From Macrostomum lignano (lineage: Eukaryota): 64,000 nt of DNA. Under the pieces are notes generated by a model. The model saw only the letters and a program-made list of their open reading frames with translations. It ran no database searches and had not been told where the DNA came from. Numbering within the stretch: the first letter of the stretch is position 1; each line of letters starts with the position of its first letter. The stretch spans positions 186,001 to 250,000 of the forward strand of contig NIVC01001317.1 of NCBI GenBank assembly GCA_002269645.1. Reading direction: 5' to 3'. The position numbers and the translations under genes are program-made. Below, piece after piece: positions 26,854-39,111 of this stretch.

Positions 26854-27369
26854 AAGGACAAAATTCTCAAGCAATCAGAGGCAACTCCCAGCACCCGTTA
26901 CCACCGATTTATGCTAACTTTGGGACAATTTCTGTCAGGAATTCCCCCCCCCCCATCAGCCGCCGGGTCTCCGGGCAAATATTTTGCCGTTCGCTACCTC
27001 CGAGCTCGGACTCGGAGTGACTCAGACCGAGCCCGGTGTCCCACGGGAATCGGGTGGATTTCTGTATTTCATATCCCCACCCAGACCAGTTGGCGGCACT
27101 GTTTGCCAACAACAAGCCGGACTCAAGCTACTCAGACTCTGCTTCTGGGGAGCAGACAGACAATTGGCCTTGTTAGGTGCAGCCAGGAGCGGAGCAATTA
27201 GCAAAAAAGTTACTTTTACCCTCGCGACCACAGCCTGGCCGCTTGAATCCCAAAATCTCGGGAGCTGGTGCCGGCTGGAGTTACGCAACAGAGCGAGAAA
27301 AATTAGCAAAAAGTCGCTTGATTCAATTTACTCGCGAAATAGGTTGCTAAATTGGAGCATACGACATCG

Positions 27370-27417
27370 ACAGACAGACAGACAGACAGGCAGACAGACA
27401 TACAGACAGACAGACAT

Positions 27418-27452
<35 letters not shown>

Positions 27453-27453
27453 C

Positions 27454-27484
<31 letters not shown>
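27370..27484. repeat. (GACA)n microsatellite
   Basis: Read directly. Confidence 0.95.
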
Positions 27485-28234
27485 CTAAAGGTCCCGGGTT
27501 CGATTCGGTGGCTTGGCCAAATTCATTTTGGATTGAGCGCGTACAGTTGGCCCTGTGTGAGTGTCTGCCTGATTGCCCACCCTGAAAAAATAACCATGCA
27601 ACGCAACATATCGGCAGGCAACGGCATTATCGCCATTAACTCTCTCCCTTCTCTCGATAGCCTATAATTGTTCTCATTAGTGTCAAAACGAAGGGAGAGT
27701 CGCCCAGTTTCAGAAGCATTCAAATTTTTAATTCATCAATCTTGCCAGCATTGAACAGATGGATAAAAATGTTGGTAGGAAACAGCGAGCTGCAGGCCCA
27801 CTCCGATGTAGTAGACTAGTAGTCCCAGCTGCATCAATCATGCAAACCCACCCCAAGCTCCACCTCCGCGCCATAGCCCTCTAACTGAGTTTTTAGAATA
27901 AAATAATTTCAATAGGATGAGGCCAAACACGTCAGCTTGCAAACGATTGGTAAAATTCTGATCCTGCAGCAACACGATTGCTTGTAAAAAGTCTACCTTC
28001 TGCGAGATGGAACTCACGCCGCTGTGATATGGAAGCAACTGGTGGTGCGCCACCCCCTCTACTCTTTGCTCATCATTTCCGTGTCCCCCTAGTGCTCAGA
28101 TGAATATTAAATTTGGTTTCTACCTCAGGCCTGAGCACTCATCAGCATGGCAAGCTTTGGGACTTACGGGTTGGGTGCAGGTGGCTTTTGGGCATTGTTT
28201 TACAGGAATGACAACTGTCTGTGTACCGGTCTGA

Positions 28235-29997
28235 ATCTCACTCTCCCAGTGTGTGCATCTCACTCTCCCAGTGTGTGCATCTCACTCTCCCAGTGTGTGC
28301 ATCTCACTCTCCCAGTGTGTGCATCTCACTCTCCTGCAGTGTGTGCACCTCACTCTCCTGCGGTGTGTGCATCTCACTCTCCTGCAGTGTGTGCATCTCA
28401 CTCTCCTGCAGTGTGTGCATCTCACTCTCCTGCAGTGTGTGCATCTCACTCTCCCAGTGTGTGCATCTCATTCTCCTCCAGTGTGTGCATCTAACTCTCC
28501 CAGTGTGTGCATCTCACTCTCCTGCAGTGTGTGCATCTCACTCTCCTGCAGTGTGTGCATCTCACTCTCCTGCGGTGTGTGCATCTCACTCTCCCAGTGA
28601 GTGGTATCTCACTCTCCCAGTGTGTGCATCTCACTCTCCCAGTGTGTGCATCCCACTCTCCTGCAGTGTGTGCACCTCACTCTCCTGCGGTGTGTGCATC
28701 TCACTCTCCTGCAGTGTGTGCATCTCACTCTCCTGCAGTGTGTACATCTCACTCTCCCAGTGAGTGGTATCTCACTCTCCTGCAGTGTGTGCACCTCACT
28801 CTCCTGCGGTGTGTGCATCTCACTCTCCTGCAGTGTGTGCATCTCACTCTCCCAGTGTGTGCATCTCATTCTCCTCCAGTGTGTGCATCTCACTCTCCCA
28901 GTGTGTGCATCTCACTCTCCTGCGGTGTGTGCATCTCACTCTCCCAGTGTGTGCACCTCACTCTCCCAGTGTGTGCATCTCACTCTCCCAGTGTGTGGTA
29001 TCTCACTCTCCCAGTGTGTGCATCTCACTCTCCTGCAGTGTGTGCATCTCACTCTCCCAGTGTGTGCATCTCACTCTCCCAGTTAGTGGTATCTCACTCT
29101 CCCAGTGTGTGCATCTCACTCTCCTGCGGTGTGTGCATCTCACTCTCCCAGTGTGTGGTATCTCACTCTCCCAGTGTGTGCATCTCACTCTCCTGCAGTG
29201 TGTGCATCTCACTCTCCCAGTGTGTGCATCTCACTCTCCCAGTTAGTGGTATCTCACTCTCCCAGTGTGTGCATCTCACTCTCCTGCAGTGTGTGCATCT
29301 CACTCTCCCAGTGTGTGCATCCCACTCTCCTGCAGTGTGTGCATCTCACTCTCCTGCAGTGTGTGCACCTCACTCTCCTGCAGTGTGTGCATCTCACTCT
29401 CCCAGTGTGTGCATCTCATTCTCCTCCAGTGTGTGCATCTCACTCTCCCAGTGTGTGCATCTCACTCTCCTGCGGTGTGTGCATCTCACTCTCCCAGTGT
29501 GTGCACCTCACTCTCCCAGTGTGTGCATCTCACTCTCCCAGTGTGTGGTATCTCACTCTCCCAGTGTGTGCATCTCACTCTCCTGCAGTGTGTGCACCTC
29601 ACTCTCCCAGTGTGTGCATCTCACTCTCCCAGTTAGTGGTATCTCACTCTCCCAGTGTGTGCATCTCACTCTCCTGCGGTGTGTGCATCTCACTCTCCCA
29701 GTGTGTGGTATCTCACTCTCCCAGTGTGTGCATCTCACTCTCCTGCAGTGTGTGCATCTCACTCTCCCAGTGTGTGCATCTCACTCTCCCAGTTAGTGGT
29801 ATCTCACTCTCCCAGTGTGTGCATCTCACTCTCCTGCAGTGTGTGCATCTCACTCTCCCAGTGTGTGCATCCCACTCTCCTGCAGTGTGTGCATCTCACT
29901 CTCCTGCAGTGTGTGCACCTCACTCTCCCAGTGTGTGCATCCCACTCTCCTGCAGTGTGTGCATCCCACTCTCCTGCAGTGTGTGCATCTCACTCTC
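28235..29997. repeat. 21/23-bp minisatellite (CAGTGTGTGCATCTCACTCTCC[TG])n with a 550-bp internal duplication
   Basis: Identical ORF translations at 29003/29553, 29105/29655 and 29265/29815 show the 550-bp repeat. Confidence 0.95.
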
Positions 29998-30569
29998 AAA
30001 GTAAACCTTCGCCTATCAGAGTGAAAATGAGCAAAATATGAAAATTCCTTAATTCTCAAAAGTGCTCTGAAAATTAGGCTAATTCTGTTGAACCAGCATC
30101 GGCGCTGTGGAAGCCGTGACAAAAGTCCAACTCCCATGCCGCAAGCGCTACCTTCTGAATTAGAAGAAAAAACGTTCAAGAAATCGAATAACTCGGTCCC
30201 ATTGTTAAGCCAAAGTTCTAAACTGCAAATTGATTTCTGTATCGAGCTGCTGGCTGAGCAGTGACTGAGCAGTGCCGCTGCATCAGACTGCTCTGGGAGT
30301 CTGTGTTAGCCGCACCAGTACGGATGCAGCGCTTCACCGCGGGGTCGCTTCGGGCATCGATCGGTTGGGAGTGGCGCGGACTTTTTCCTCCTCAGTGGCT
30401 GCTGCAGCAGAGGTTGCTCGAAACGGCGATGGAATTTCTTCCCTAAGGGCTCGTTACCGTTGGTTAGTTAGTGAAATATTTTTCAACTGCTGTCTGTCTG
30501 CTCACTCGACTGTGCTCAGGTCCTATCGATGCGAGGGAGGGAGAGAAAGGGAACACAGCCGAGAAGATA

Positions 30570-30588
30570 AACAGACAGACAGACAGAA

Positions 30589-30655
<67 letters not shown>

Positions 30656-30663
30656 GACAGACA
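30570..30663. repeat. (GACA)n microsatellite
   Basis: Read directly. Confidence 0.95.
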
Positions 30664-32930
30664 TAACTAATTAATGCCTTACCCAGGGGAACTGGATTGC
30701 CATAGTTTAGATAGCCAGGCGCAGAACTAACCAATGACTTGAACCCTTTGCGCGCGCAGAGCTGTAGAGACTGAACGGGGAAGTCACGGCAGTTCAACCC
30801 GCAGCTCCTTCAGCTGTCATCAACATCGGGTCAAGTGGCCAAATCTGTGGATGGATGGCGTTGGCCTGCTAGAGAATCGGTTAGCTGCTGCCGCTACTGC
30901 TGTTGGGGTCGCGGCCTCGCTTAGCCAGTGGGAGAGTTCCCGACCCCGTGCAGCAGAGGGGACAATTAGAGAGACTGCCAATCATTTGGGGAGTTACGCT
31001 TTGAGACAGACATCCCATCAATGAGACGCGAGAACGGACGCGTTGACCTTTCATTGTCTGGTTTGAGGCGTTTCTTTATTCCCGGCGAAGCCAACGGCTG
31101 GCTTCCCTGGAGTGTCAGGCCGGTTGTTATGCAACAGCATTCGTGTCAAGTTCAGTTTCAAGTGGCCTGTATTCGTCAACAACCAATTCTGTTCGCTGAT
31201 AAATATCTGAGTCTGTGGGATTTTGTGAAACACTTTATCCGTGCTTTGGCTGCAGGGAACCCGAAACCGGTCCCGTACAGGTCCTGTTCCACCTTTTCAA
31301 AACAAGACGAAACAAGTTTGCAGTCTCCTCAGATTTCTCCCAGCGGGTGTTGGTTTGTTGCACCTGTCAGTCTCACAGCCTTGCCACTTCTTTTTAACAA
31401 GGAAAAATTAGCGGGGAAAGTGTTTCAACATGGGCTCGGTGGTCTCTTCTGCTGCTGGGGCTTGGCGGGCGTGTTATCTCAACAAACACAGCTTCAGCAA
31501 TCCCCATTTGCCTCCTTGGATGGCGCGCTCTGGAGGTCTCTAGAAATTGAAATAAAAAAATCTTTTCAACAAGCCAAGACTCTTAATTGGGCTCTCGTTC
31601 CTCTAGGCTCAGCAACGCTACACTTTCGTCCTGTGCTCTCCCGTCTCCGCTTGGTCGCCCCTCCATAGGCGGCAGCCCATAAGGCCTTGAGACCCGAGAC
31701 AATGATCAGTTGCCAGGCCGCAAATACCTAAATTGGAGCTCGAAGCCGCAATCTCCTCGCTTGATCTCTCGGCCTGTGCGACCTGCTGCGCCCCCCTCCC
31801 CTGCTGTCGACCCGTTGCGCAATCAGCCACTTGAGAGCCAATTAAGCTGCTCAAATACACGCTGCCGCCGAATTGTGACAGGGGGGGGGGGGCGGGCGGT
31901 GGCTCTCTTCTTGCTTGTCTGCTTCTTCTAGGAGAAGATTTCTCTCTCTCTCTCTCACATTGCAAATCCAAGCAGCCGAGACGCTTAGGCTGGGACTTGA
32001 TTTCCGCGTCAGAGAGCACGTGAAAATCAGCTGCCATCAGAGCAGCTCAGCTCTGTTAGAGGCCTCTGAGCTAATCATAATATGCCAGGTCCAGCCTGGA
32101 TTGACCGCTGGCCTCGCTTACTTGTCCGTCTGCCAGCCTGCGCTCATTCACAGTTGATTAAAAATTCCTGTGAACTGCTCGTTCAAGTGTGAGAACAGCA
32201 CTTCCCTCCCCTCCCCGTCTGTCTGTCTGCGTCTTGATGCTTCTCTCCCAATCCGACGTCCTTCTAATCCTCTCCCATTTGGTCTCACTTCCGGCTGCCG
32301 CCATCCGGCCAGGCAAGAACTGTGTCGCTAAGTCGGCCGGTGCGACCGCTCAACCCCCAGGCAGTTGCACACTTTGTCCGTATTGTTTTCCTTGAAGTCA
32401 AACTATCTAGCGAATTCGTTTGTTGTCTTTTTCTTCTAGTAGAGGACAAATTTCTACAGGAAATTGACAAATTTAAAAGCCAAAGCCTAAAGTCTGATGC
32501 AGAATCCGTCTTTCAGTCCCACCTACCTCGGGTTTTTGCCGCTGAAGGAAATCCTGTTTAGCTGCTGTTTGCTGTTGTTAAGATGCGATTCCATAAACGA
32601 GAGGATCTGCTGTCAGCAACTGGTAGTGGGGACTGCGGAGGCTTCAACACACCCACATCATCGCCAGCTGCAGCACTGTCACTGCAAATTAGCACACTCA
32701 TTAGCTTTGTTATTTTTTTAGTGGCAAGCCTCACCGTCTCCCGGCTTTTATCCCAGTAAGCTTCCGTTCTTCATAGGTTTCAGCGAATAAAAGTACAGAC
32801 TAAATTCAGATATTGAAAGATCACCTGAATTTAAAAGCAATTCGTTCGATGTCTCCTATCCTTTCAGAACTCAGCCAAACCCTGACAAAGACTCGCTAAA
32901 AATAACCCGATCGGCAGCTCAGAGGCAGTC

Positions 32931-35825
32931 ATGCGACCGCCTCAGCCTCTCGGCCTCATCAAATCAGGCTCCGATGTTGCTCTCCTCTTCATCCTGCTAA
33001 GCCTTGGCCGCCCCAGCCCCGTGCGGACAGCCGCAGACGTTGCCTTCAGCGTGGCGGAGGAGACGCCCAGCCAGGCCAGCATCGGCAACCTCTTGAAGAG
33101 TCTGGGCGGCGGCGGTGGCACCTTCAGAATCGTGCCTCAGTCGCCCTACTTCACGGTGGACAAGGACGGCCATGTCCGGGTCAGCCGGCCCATCGACCGC
33201 GAGGACCCGGCCGCCTGTCCGGGTTCGCCACCCTGCGTCGTGGAGTTTAACGCCTTTCGCGGAGCCGACCGCGTCCTGGTCCGCATCACCGTCGAGGACA
33301 TCAACGACAACGAGCCAGTGTTCAAGGACGCACAGAAGGTGCTGTCAATCGAGGAGGGCGACACCCGGTTCAGCCATCCGCTTGATCAGGCGACGGACGC
33401 TGACATCGGAGACAACGGCATGGCGAGGAAGGGCAGCTACTACCTCACTGACAACGGTGGTGGAGCTTTCGCTCTGGACACGAGTATCCCGGGCTTCCTG
33501 AGCCTGGTGCTGAACCCCACCAGCCCGCCTGTGATTGACTACGAGGAGCAGAAACAGTACAACCTGACCCTCACTGCCTGCGACGGCGGTCGGGAGCCGC
33601 GCTGCGGCCACCAGCGCCTCATCGTGCAGGTGAAGGACCGCAACGATAACGCGCCCAACGTGACGGCGGTGCGAGTGCAGGACGTGCCGGAGACGCTCAA
33701 CATCGGCGGTCTGGTGGCCACCATCGAGGCGCACGATAGGGACAGCGGGTCGAACGGTCGGCTGGAGTTCGCCATCCTGGACCCGGAACTAGCCAACCTG
33801 CTAGACGTGGACCGGGCGGGCCGGGTGACACTCCGACGACCGTTGAACGCGAAGACTCGCAGCAGCTACGAGGTCGGGGTGCTCGTCTCGGACGGTGGCA
33901 ACCCCAGCAAGCGCACTCTGGCCAAGTTCAGCTTCCGCGTCATCGATGCGAATGACCACGAGCCAGCGATCAACATCATACCGATGACAGACAACAGCGA
34001 CCGAATAGTGATATCTGAGAACGTCGCACCGGCCTATCTAGCTCTGGTGGTTGTCTCCGACGACGATCTGGGCGAGAACGCTCGGGTCGAATGCAAACTG
34101 GCCGGCAGTCCCGCCGAGAGGCGCTTCTTTCAGCTGGACGGCAGCGACAAGGGTGGCTACACCCTCAAGCTCGTTGTCGCCGTCGACTACGAGGAGCGGC
34201 GCAAAATCTCCGTGCGCATCGACTGTCGCGACTTTGGCCAGCCGATGCAGAACTCCAGCCAAAACGTGCCGGTGTTCATCAGGGGCGTCAACGAGTTCGA
34301 GCCGCAGTTTTCCGTGACCAACTACTTCAACGCGATGAAGGAGACGTACGGAAACAGTGGGAACAACATTGGCGAGTCGGTCTTCAGTCTGATGGCCACG
34401 GATCGTGACAGGGACGATTCGTTGACTTTCGAGCTGCAAGACGCAGCAGCGATGGCCCTGTTCGAGGTGCGCACTGAGGCGTCGCTGTTTGACGAAGGTC
34501 TGGCGGCCACCGTCGGCCAGGCGCAGCTGCGAGTTCGGTCCACCGTAGACAGAGACACGATGGACCCGAGCACCGGGGATCTCATGCAATTCGTTGTGGT
34601 TCTGCGGGACGCCCAAGGCTTCAACGGCACGCAGCACAGCGCCAGCGTCACCCTCACTCTCAGTGTGATTGACGTGAACGATAATCCCCCGATAATCCAA
34701 CCGCCTCTGGTGTTCCGACTACGCGAGAACTGCCCGATGGAGACTCCAGCTCTGTCCTGGCCAACCGGTGCGGACCGACTGGCTCACCGGGACCCGGACC
34801 AGGGCATCAACGCCGACGTCTTCTACCGGCTGCTCTCCGTGGTCGGCAGGCGCCCCCCGGCCAAGGACTACTTGGACTCGCGCAGGTTCCTGCTTGATCC
34901 CGAGGTGGCCTTCAGCGATCCGAAACAGTGGCCGATTAGCCTCAGCGAGAACGGCGTCATCTCCAGTCGCGGCCACCTCGACCGAGAGACTTATGAATCG
35001 TTCGCGCTCACCGTCATGGCTTACAACCGGGCCGCCCCGCAGCCGCTGAACTCCACGGCGCACATCACCGTGGAACTCGTTGACGAGAACGACAACGATC
35101 CCGAATGGGTTTTTCCAAGCAACACCGACTTTGTGGTTAACTACACTTTCTCTAGCGACCTGGTCGAGGTCACTCGAGTTGAAGCTCGCGACCGGGATTC
35201 GCTCAGCAACGTGACCTACTCGCTGGCGGGCGGATCCGGTGGAGTGTTCTCGCTGGACCGGCTGTCCGGCAGGCTGAGGCCGCTGCGCCCGCCGCAGCCG
35301 GGCAGGTACGAGCTGTCCCTGCGCGCTGACGACAACGGGCCGATCAACCGCGTGGCCTACGCCCGCTTGGTTGTCAACGCGGTGCGCCTTCCCGGCCACG
35401 GCATCGGCCAGCTGCGCGACGCACAGGCCAACCTGGCGATCATCGTTGCCATGGTGATAGCCACCGCGGTGATCAGCGTGGTCCTGGTCCTGGCCATCGT
35501 CTGCGTCCGGCGTCGCGGACGCGGAAACGATTACGACATCTCGCCAGCCGGGGACATCTTAATGGCAACTGGGCCGGGATGTCGGGCTGGCGGCAGCAGC
35601 TCGGGCGGTTGCGGAGTCGGCTGCGACAAGGACATCAGCGGAGTCGGCGGCGGTGGCTGCTGCCAGTGCGACGAGGCCGAGTCAGCGGCAGCCTACGGCA
35701 GGCTCTGCGGCGGGATCGGCGGTCCGGCGAACGGCTTGCATCATCACCAGTTCGCTCTGACAACATTCAACCAGGCTGGCAGCGCGTGCGAGCTCAGGCC
35801 GCAAATGATGGAGCTGAGAAATGAG
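32931..35825 (+). CDS. PCDH: Protocadherin (delta1-like, 7 EC repeats), coding exon 1: signal peptide, EC1-EC7, TM and proximal tail
   Basis: Repeated cadherin motifs (DRE, DxD, DxNDN: EDINDNEP, KDRNDNAP, IDANDHEP, IDVNDNPP, VDENDNDP); EC1 has the protocadherin Cys-X5-Cys motif (CPGSPPC); TM segment ANLAIIVAMVIATAVISVVLVLAIVCV followed by RRRGR; phase-0 donor GAG|GTGAG at 35826. Confidence 0.95.
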
Positions 35826-36949
35826 GTGAGCAGCTGGGATTCGATTCAGTCTAATGCGCTTCTAAAAATAGAATCAGTTTCGAGCCCGTTCTTTCAGTGG
35901 TTGATCGAAGAGAGGTCAAATTGATTAGCTGACCCTGAAGAACTTCAATCGGGTCGCTTAAAACCGTTATGTTTTTGCATCGGAGTGGCGCCTTGGACAC
36001 CTGTTGCTATGCATGAAATTATAGAGTCACTTAGGCTACGTGTTCCATTCTGATTTGGCTCATATCTTCGCAGCGCTTCAGACATTCCTAGGCAAAGCGA
36101 AATCATTAATAGTAGCTGCCGAGCCTCGCGAGGTGGCAATCAATTTACCAGCAAATCTTAAATAATCCTTCGAGGCTAAAAAATAATTCCAACATCCTTG
36201 ATCCTCGCACTCAAGGATTTGGGGGCCCACTGACAGCTGACATTTGATTGGCTTCATTGTGCGCTTGTAGTCTTGCGCTGCACTTTCCTCTTTCCTGGCC
36301 CTGCCGCTAAGGAGGAAAGCAGATTTCCCTAACTGGCCCCGAACCTGCGGGGGGTTGAGGGCGAAATTTGCGTAAAATCTTCAGCCTCCTAGCAGCGCTT
36401 TTAATCCGCGCCATTCCCCCAGTGGCTGCCAACTTATCCCGGTAAGATAACAACTGCTGACCAATAATTCTGCCATTTATAGGAATGGGTAAGTGTATAG
36501 TAGTATGCTGAGAGCATCACCGCTATTCGGTGCTGCTGCTTTACGCGCGACTTGCTGTGGACTTTCCTCTGGCCAGGAAAGGGAGATTAATATCGCTGGG
36601 CCTCCTTCCTGGGAGGGAAAAACTCTCTTGTAGAAATACCGGCCTAGCCGAGCGCTGCTTCACCCCTACCGGACGGATAGATGGAAGCCGGGAAAATGCC
36701 AAAGCTTATTGGCACGTGAAGACAGAGAGGCCGGTAGCTGGAATCTGAAGAGTCAGCGCCACTTCCCGCATTGATGATGCTGAGGATGATGAAGCTGCAG
36801 AGCCAAGTGCATGCGCCTGCGGGGAAAGGGCAACACTCGTAGAATTTCGCTGGCTGTCTGGAAGTTTTCTTCCAATTACAGCCGCTAGTCGGAACGATTG
36901 ACTGACCCGCACCGACTTCCAGGCGCCCAATTTATTTTTGTCCTCGCAG

Positions 36950-37025
36950 GTGGTGATCAATCAGCAGGATTTGGACGGCGACAGCGCTGATTCGGGACGC
37001 GGAGGCAGTGAAGATGATCCCGCTG
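36950..37025 (+). CDS. PCDH: Protocadherin coding exon 2 (VVINQQDLDGDSADSGRGGSEDDPA)
   Basis: Acceptor ttatttttgtcctcgcag, donor G|GTGAG; in frame with exon 1; DSGRGGSE resembles the delta-protocadherin CM1 motif (DSGxGDS). Confidence 0.8.
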
Positions 37026-37038
37026 GTGAGCTTGTTGT

Positions 37039-37288
37039 CCTTAGCAACTGGGCCTTAGCAACTGGGCCTTTGCAACTGGTCCTTAGCAACTAGTCCATAG
37101 TAACTGTCCCTTAGCAACTGGCCTTTAGCAACTGTTCATTAGCAACTGGGCCATAGCAACTGGTCCTTAGCAAATGGCCCTTAGCAACTGGTCCATAACA
37201 ACTGGTCTTTAGCAACTTGGTCATTAGCAAATTTTCATTGACAACTGACCCTTAGCAACTGGGTCTTAGCTACTGGGCCTTAGCAACT
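37039..37288. repeat. 14-15 bp minisatellite (CCTTAGCAACTGGG)n filling protocadherin intron 2
   Basis: About 17 diverged units between donor and acceptor. Confidence 0.92.
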
Positions 37289-37322
37289 AAGATACCGTGT
37301 AAAACCATCGCAATTTTTTCAG

Positions 37323-37697
37323 GCCACCTGTTTGGCGCCGCAGGCAGGCAGGGGCTTCATCATCACCCAAGTTTCCAGCATCACCACGCCCCTGGCTCCA
37401 TGGCCATGGCGCTGACCTCTTCGCCGGCAGTCGCTGGTGGCACCCTGCCGCGGCGGGTCATGACGCCGCAGCTTCAGCATCATCAGCAGCCGCAGCAGCA
37501 GCAGCAGCAGCAGCAACACCAGCTTCCCTTGCCTCAGATGTCGATAAAATCGGCGTCGCGACACCACCAGTACCTGGGCATACCGGAGGAGGAGGGCGTT
37601 GTCGATCATTCCGTCGGCTTCCTGCCGCCGCCGCTGCCGCCGCACGGGGTCGAGCTGCGCCCAGTCGGTCGGCTGCACTCGCCAGCACCGGTGTTCG

Positions 37698-37743
<46 letters not shown>

Positions 37744-37858
37744 GGCCTATGCCACCCTGCCAGTCCGTCAGTCGCCAATGCCTCCTATCAGCGGATCGCC
37801 GAGACGCCGTCAGACCGACGACGATGAAGACGACGACGTCTCCCGGCCGGTCTGCTGA
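37323..37858 (+). CDS. PCDH: Protocadherin coding exon 3 (His/Gln/Pro-rich tail to stop); full protein ~1168 aa
   Basis: Acceptor caattttttcag; phase 1 joins the frame of ORF 37400-37858; exons 2+3 total 612 nt and end in TGA. Confidence 0.8.
37700..37741 (+). repeat. Pure (CAG)14 coding polyglutamine tract
   Basis: 42 nt of uninterrupted CAG in protocadherin exon 3; a second shorter Q tract lies near 37485-37520. Confidence 0.93.
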
Positions 37859-39111
37859 GCCTTGGCGACCCCGACAGCCGCATTGCGTTTCACGGATGTG
37901 CAAGGACGTCTGTTGAACAGTTGGACTGAATTTCTATCAGGGACTGCTTAGGAGTAGACGAGAGAGTACAGAAGTCAAAGATCGTCGGGCGATTCTCGCC
38001 CTTGAAGGCGATTCAAAGGGCGTGTGTGTACACCATGTGTGAGCTTGTGTACACCCTGCGTAAGCTTGTGTGTTTACACCCTGTGTGAGCTTGTACAGCC
38101 TGTGTTAGCGTGTGTACGAGTACTCAGTGGCCAGAGGAATGGGTGAATTGTTAGACTAGAAATCCTACTGTTAGTAGCGCTATAATAATCAATCCTAATA
38201 GACAACTATTTCAGGCTATTTCTATTTCTAATTGATTTTCACAGCTCACGCCAGTCAACGAATTGTATGGAATATTTTGATTAAACTATTTTTTTCTCGG
38301 CGTGTAGCATGAAGGCACAGCTAAACTTGTCAGTCTCACTCTTTGCTTTCTTTGCAACTACAGCGAACTCAGAGTAATTCTCTTTATCGTACTTATAAAC
38401 TTGTTGTGTCAGTGTCTGTACACTAACAATGTACTTTGCTTATGTTCGCGAATGTACACTACACTTAGCTGCGTGAATTGGGTGACTCACCAGTAGACAA
38501 AAGTACATTCTGTAAGTTAGCGAAATTTATGTACATGCCCTTGATAAGGTACGAAATCTTAGCTTTTCAAATAGCAGCTGTCAATCAAAATGGAAAATGC
38601 CAGTCCAGAATTCGATTGCGTTTCTTTGAATCCGCCCCAAAAATTTTTGTTTTACTAAGCCTACAAAGTTTTGTATAAAAAACTAGCTTAATTTGCTTTA
38701 GTAACTGACAGAGTCCGCCACGCAAGGATGACTCAGTGCATTCTTCTAAAACCATCTCTGTTTGTTTCTGAACTCAAGGTCTCAGAAAAATTGTAAATCT
38801 GTCAATGTCAACTATTGTGTATTGTAATTACAATAGAACTATTGGATTTGTTTAAAACACTCGACTGTGTAGCAGAGTTTTTTAAATCGACAAAATTAAA
38901 ACAAACTTTAAGTTTTTTATGCCGATCAATTTATTTATTTGTTTATCGAACATTTTTAGATACTTTTCTAGAATGCTAGCAGATATTTTCTTGTAAAACA
39001 GGTGTTTCTGGAACGCAAACATTTAGGCAGAAAAACTCGCTTCTAACGATGATAGTAGTGCGCTTAGAATATTTTCATTTGACATTATTCGCATTGTTGG
39101 TCTTGCTGCTT

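Noticed and set aside
25436-27020. (DTKA)n, (LRQT)n and (VSAL)n ORFs resembling mucin or coiled-coil proteins
   Set aside because: 12-bp satellite open in several frames on both strands; no signal peptide, splice or homology support.
27488-27512. GGTCCCGGGTTCGATTC, similar to a tRNA T-arm/B-box
   Set aside because: No A-box, cloverleaf or acceptor stem; at most a SINE scrap.
31021-31668. 215-aa ATG-initiated ORF upstream of the protocadherin
   Set aside because: No recognisable domain and lacks the GC3 bias of the real genes in this window.
31780-31960. Promoter-like elements (CAAT-like motifs, GGGGCGGG GC box, CT tract) upstream of the protocadherin
   Set aside because: Plausible but short and common; the transcription start cannot be located from sequence alone.
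33115-35824. Multiple 60-226 aa ORFs overlapping the protocadherin (likewise those over GDPD, TNFAIP8, KChIP and the PLE)
   Set aside because: Alternate-frame and antisense shadows of GC3-rich coding sequence.
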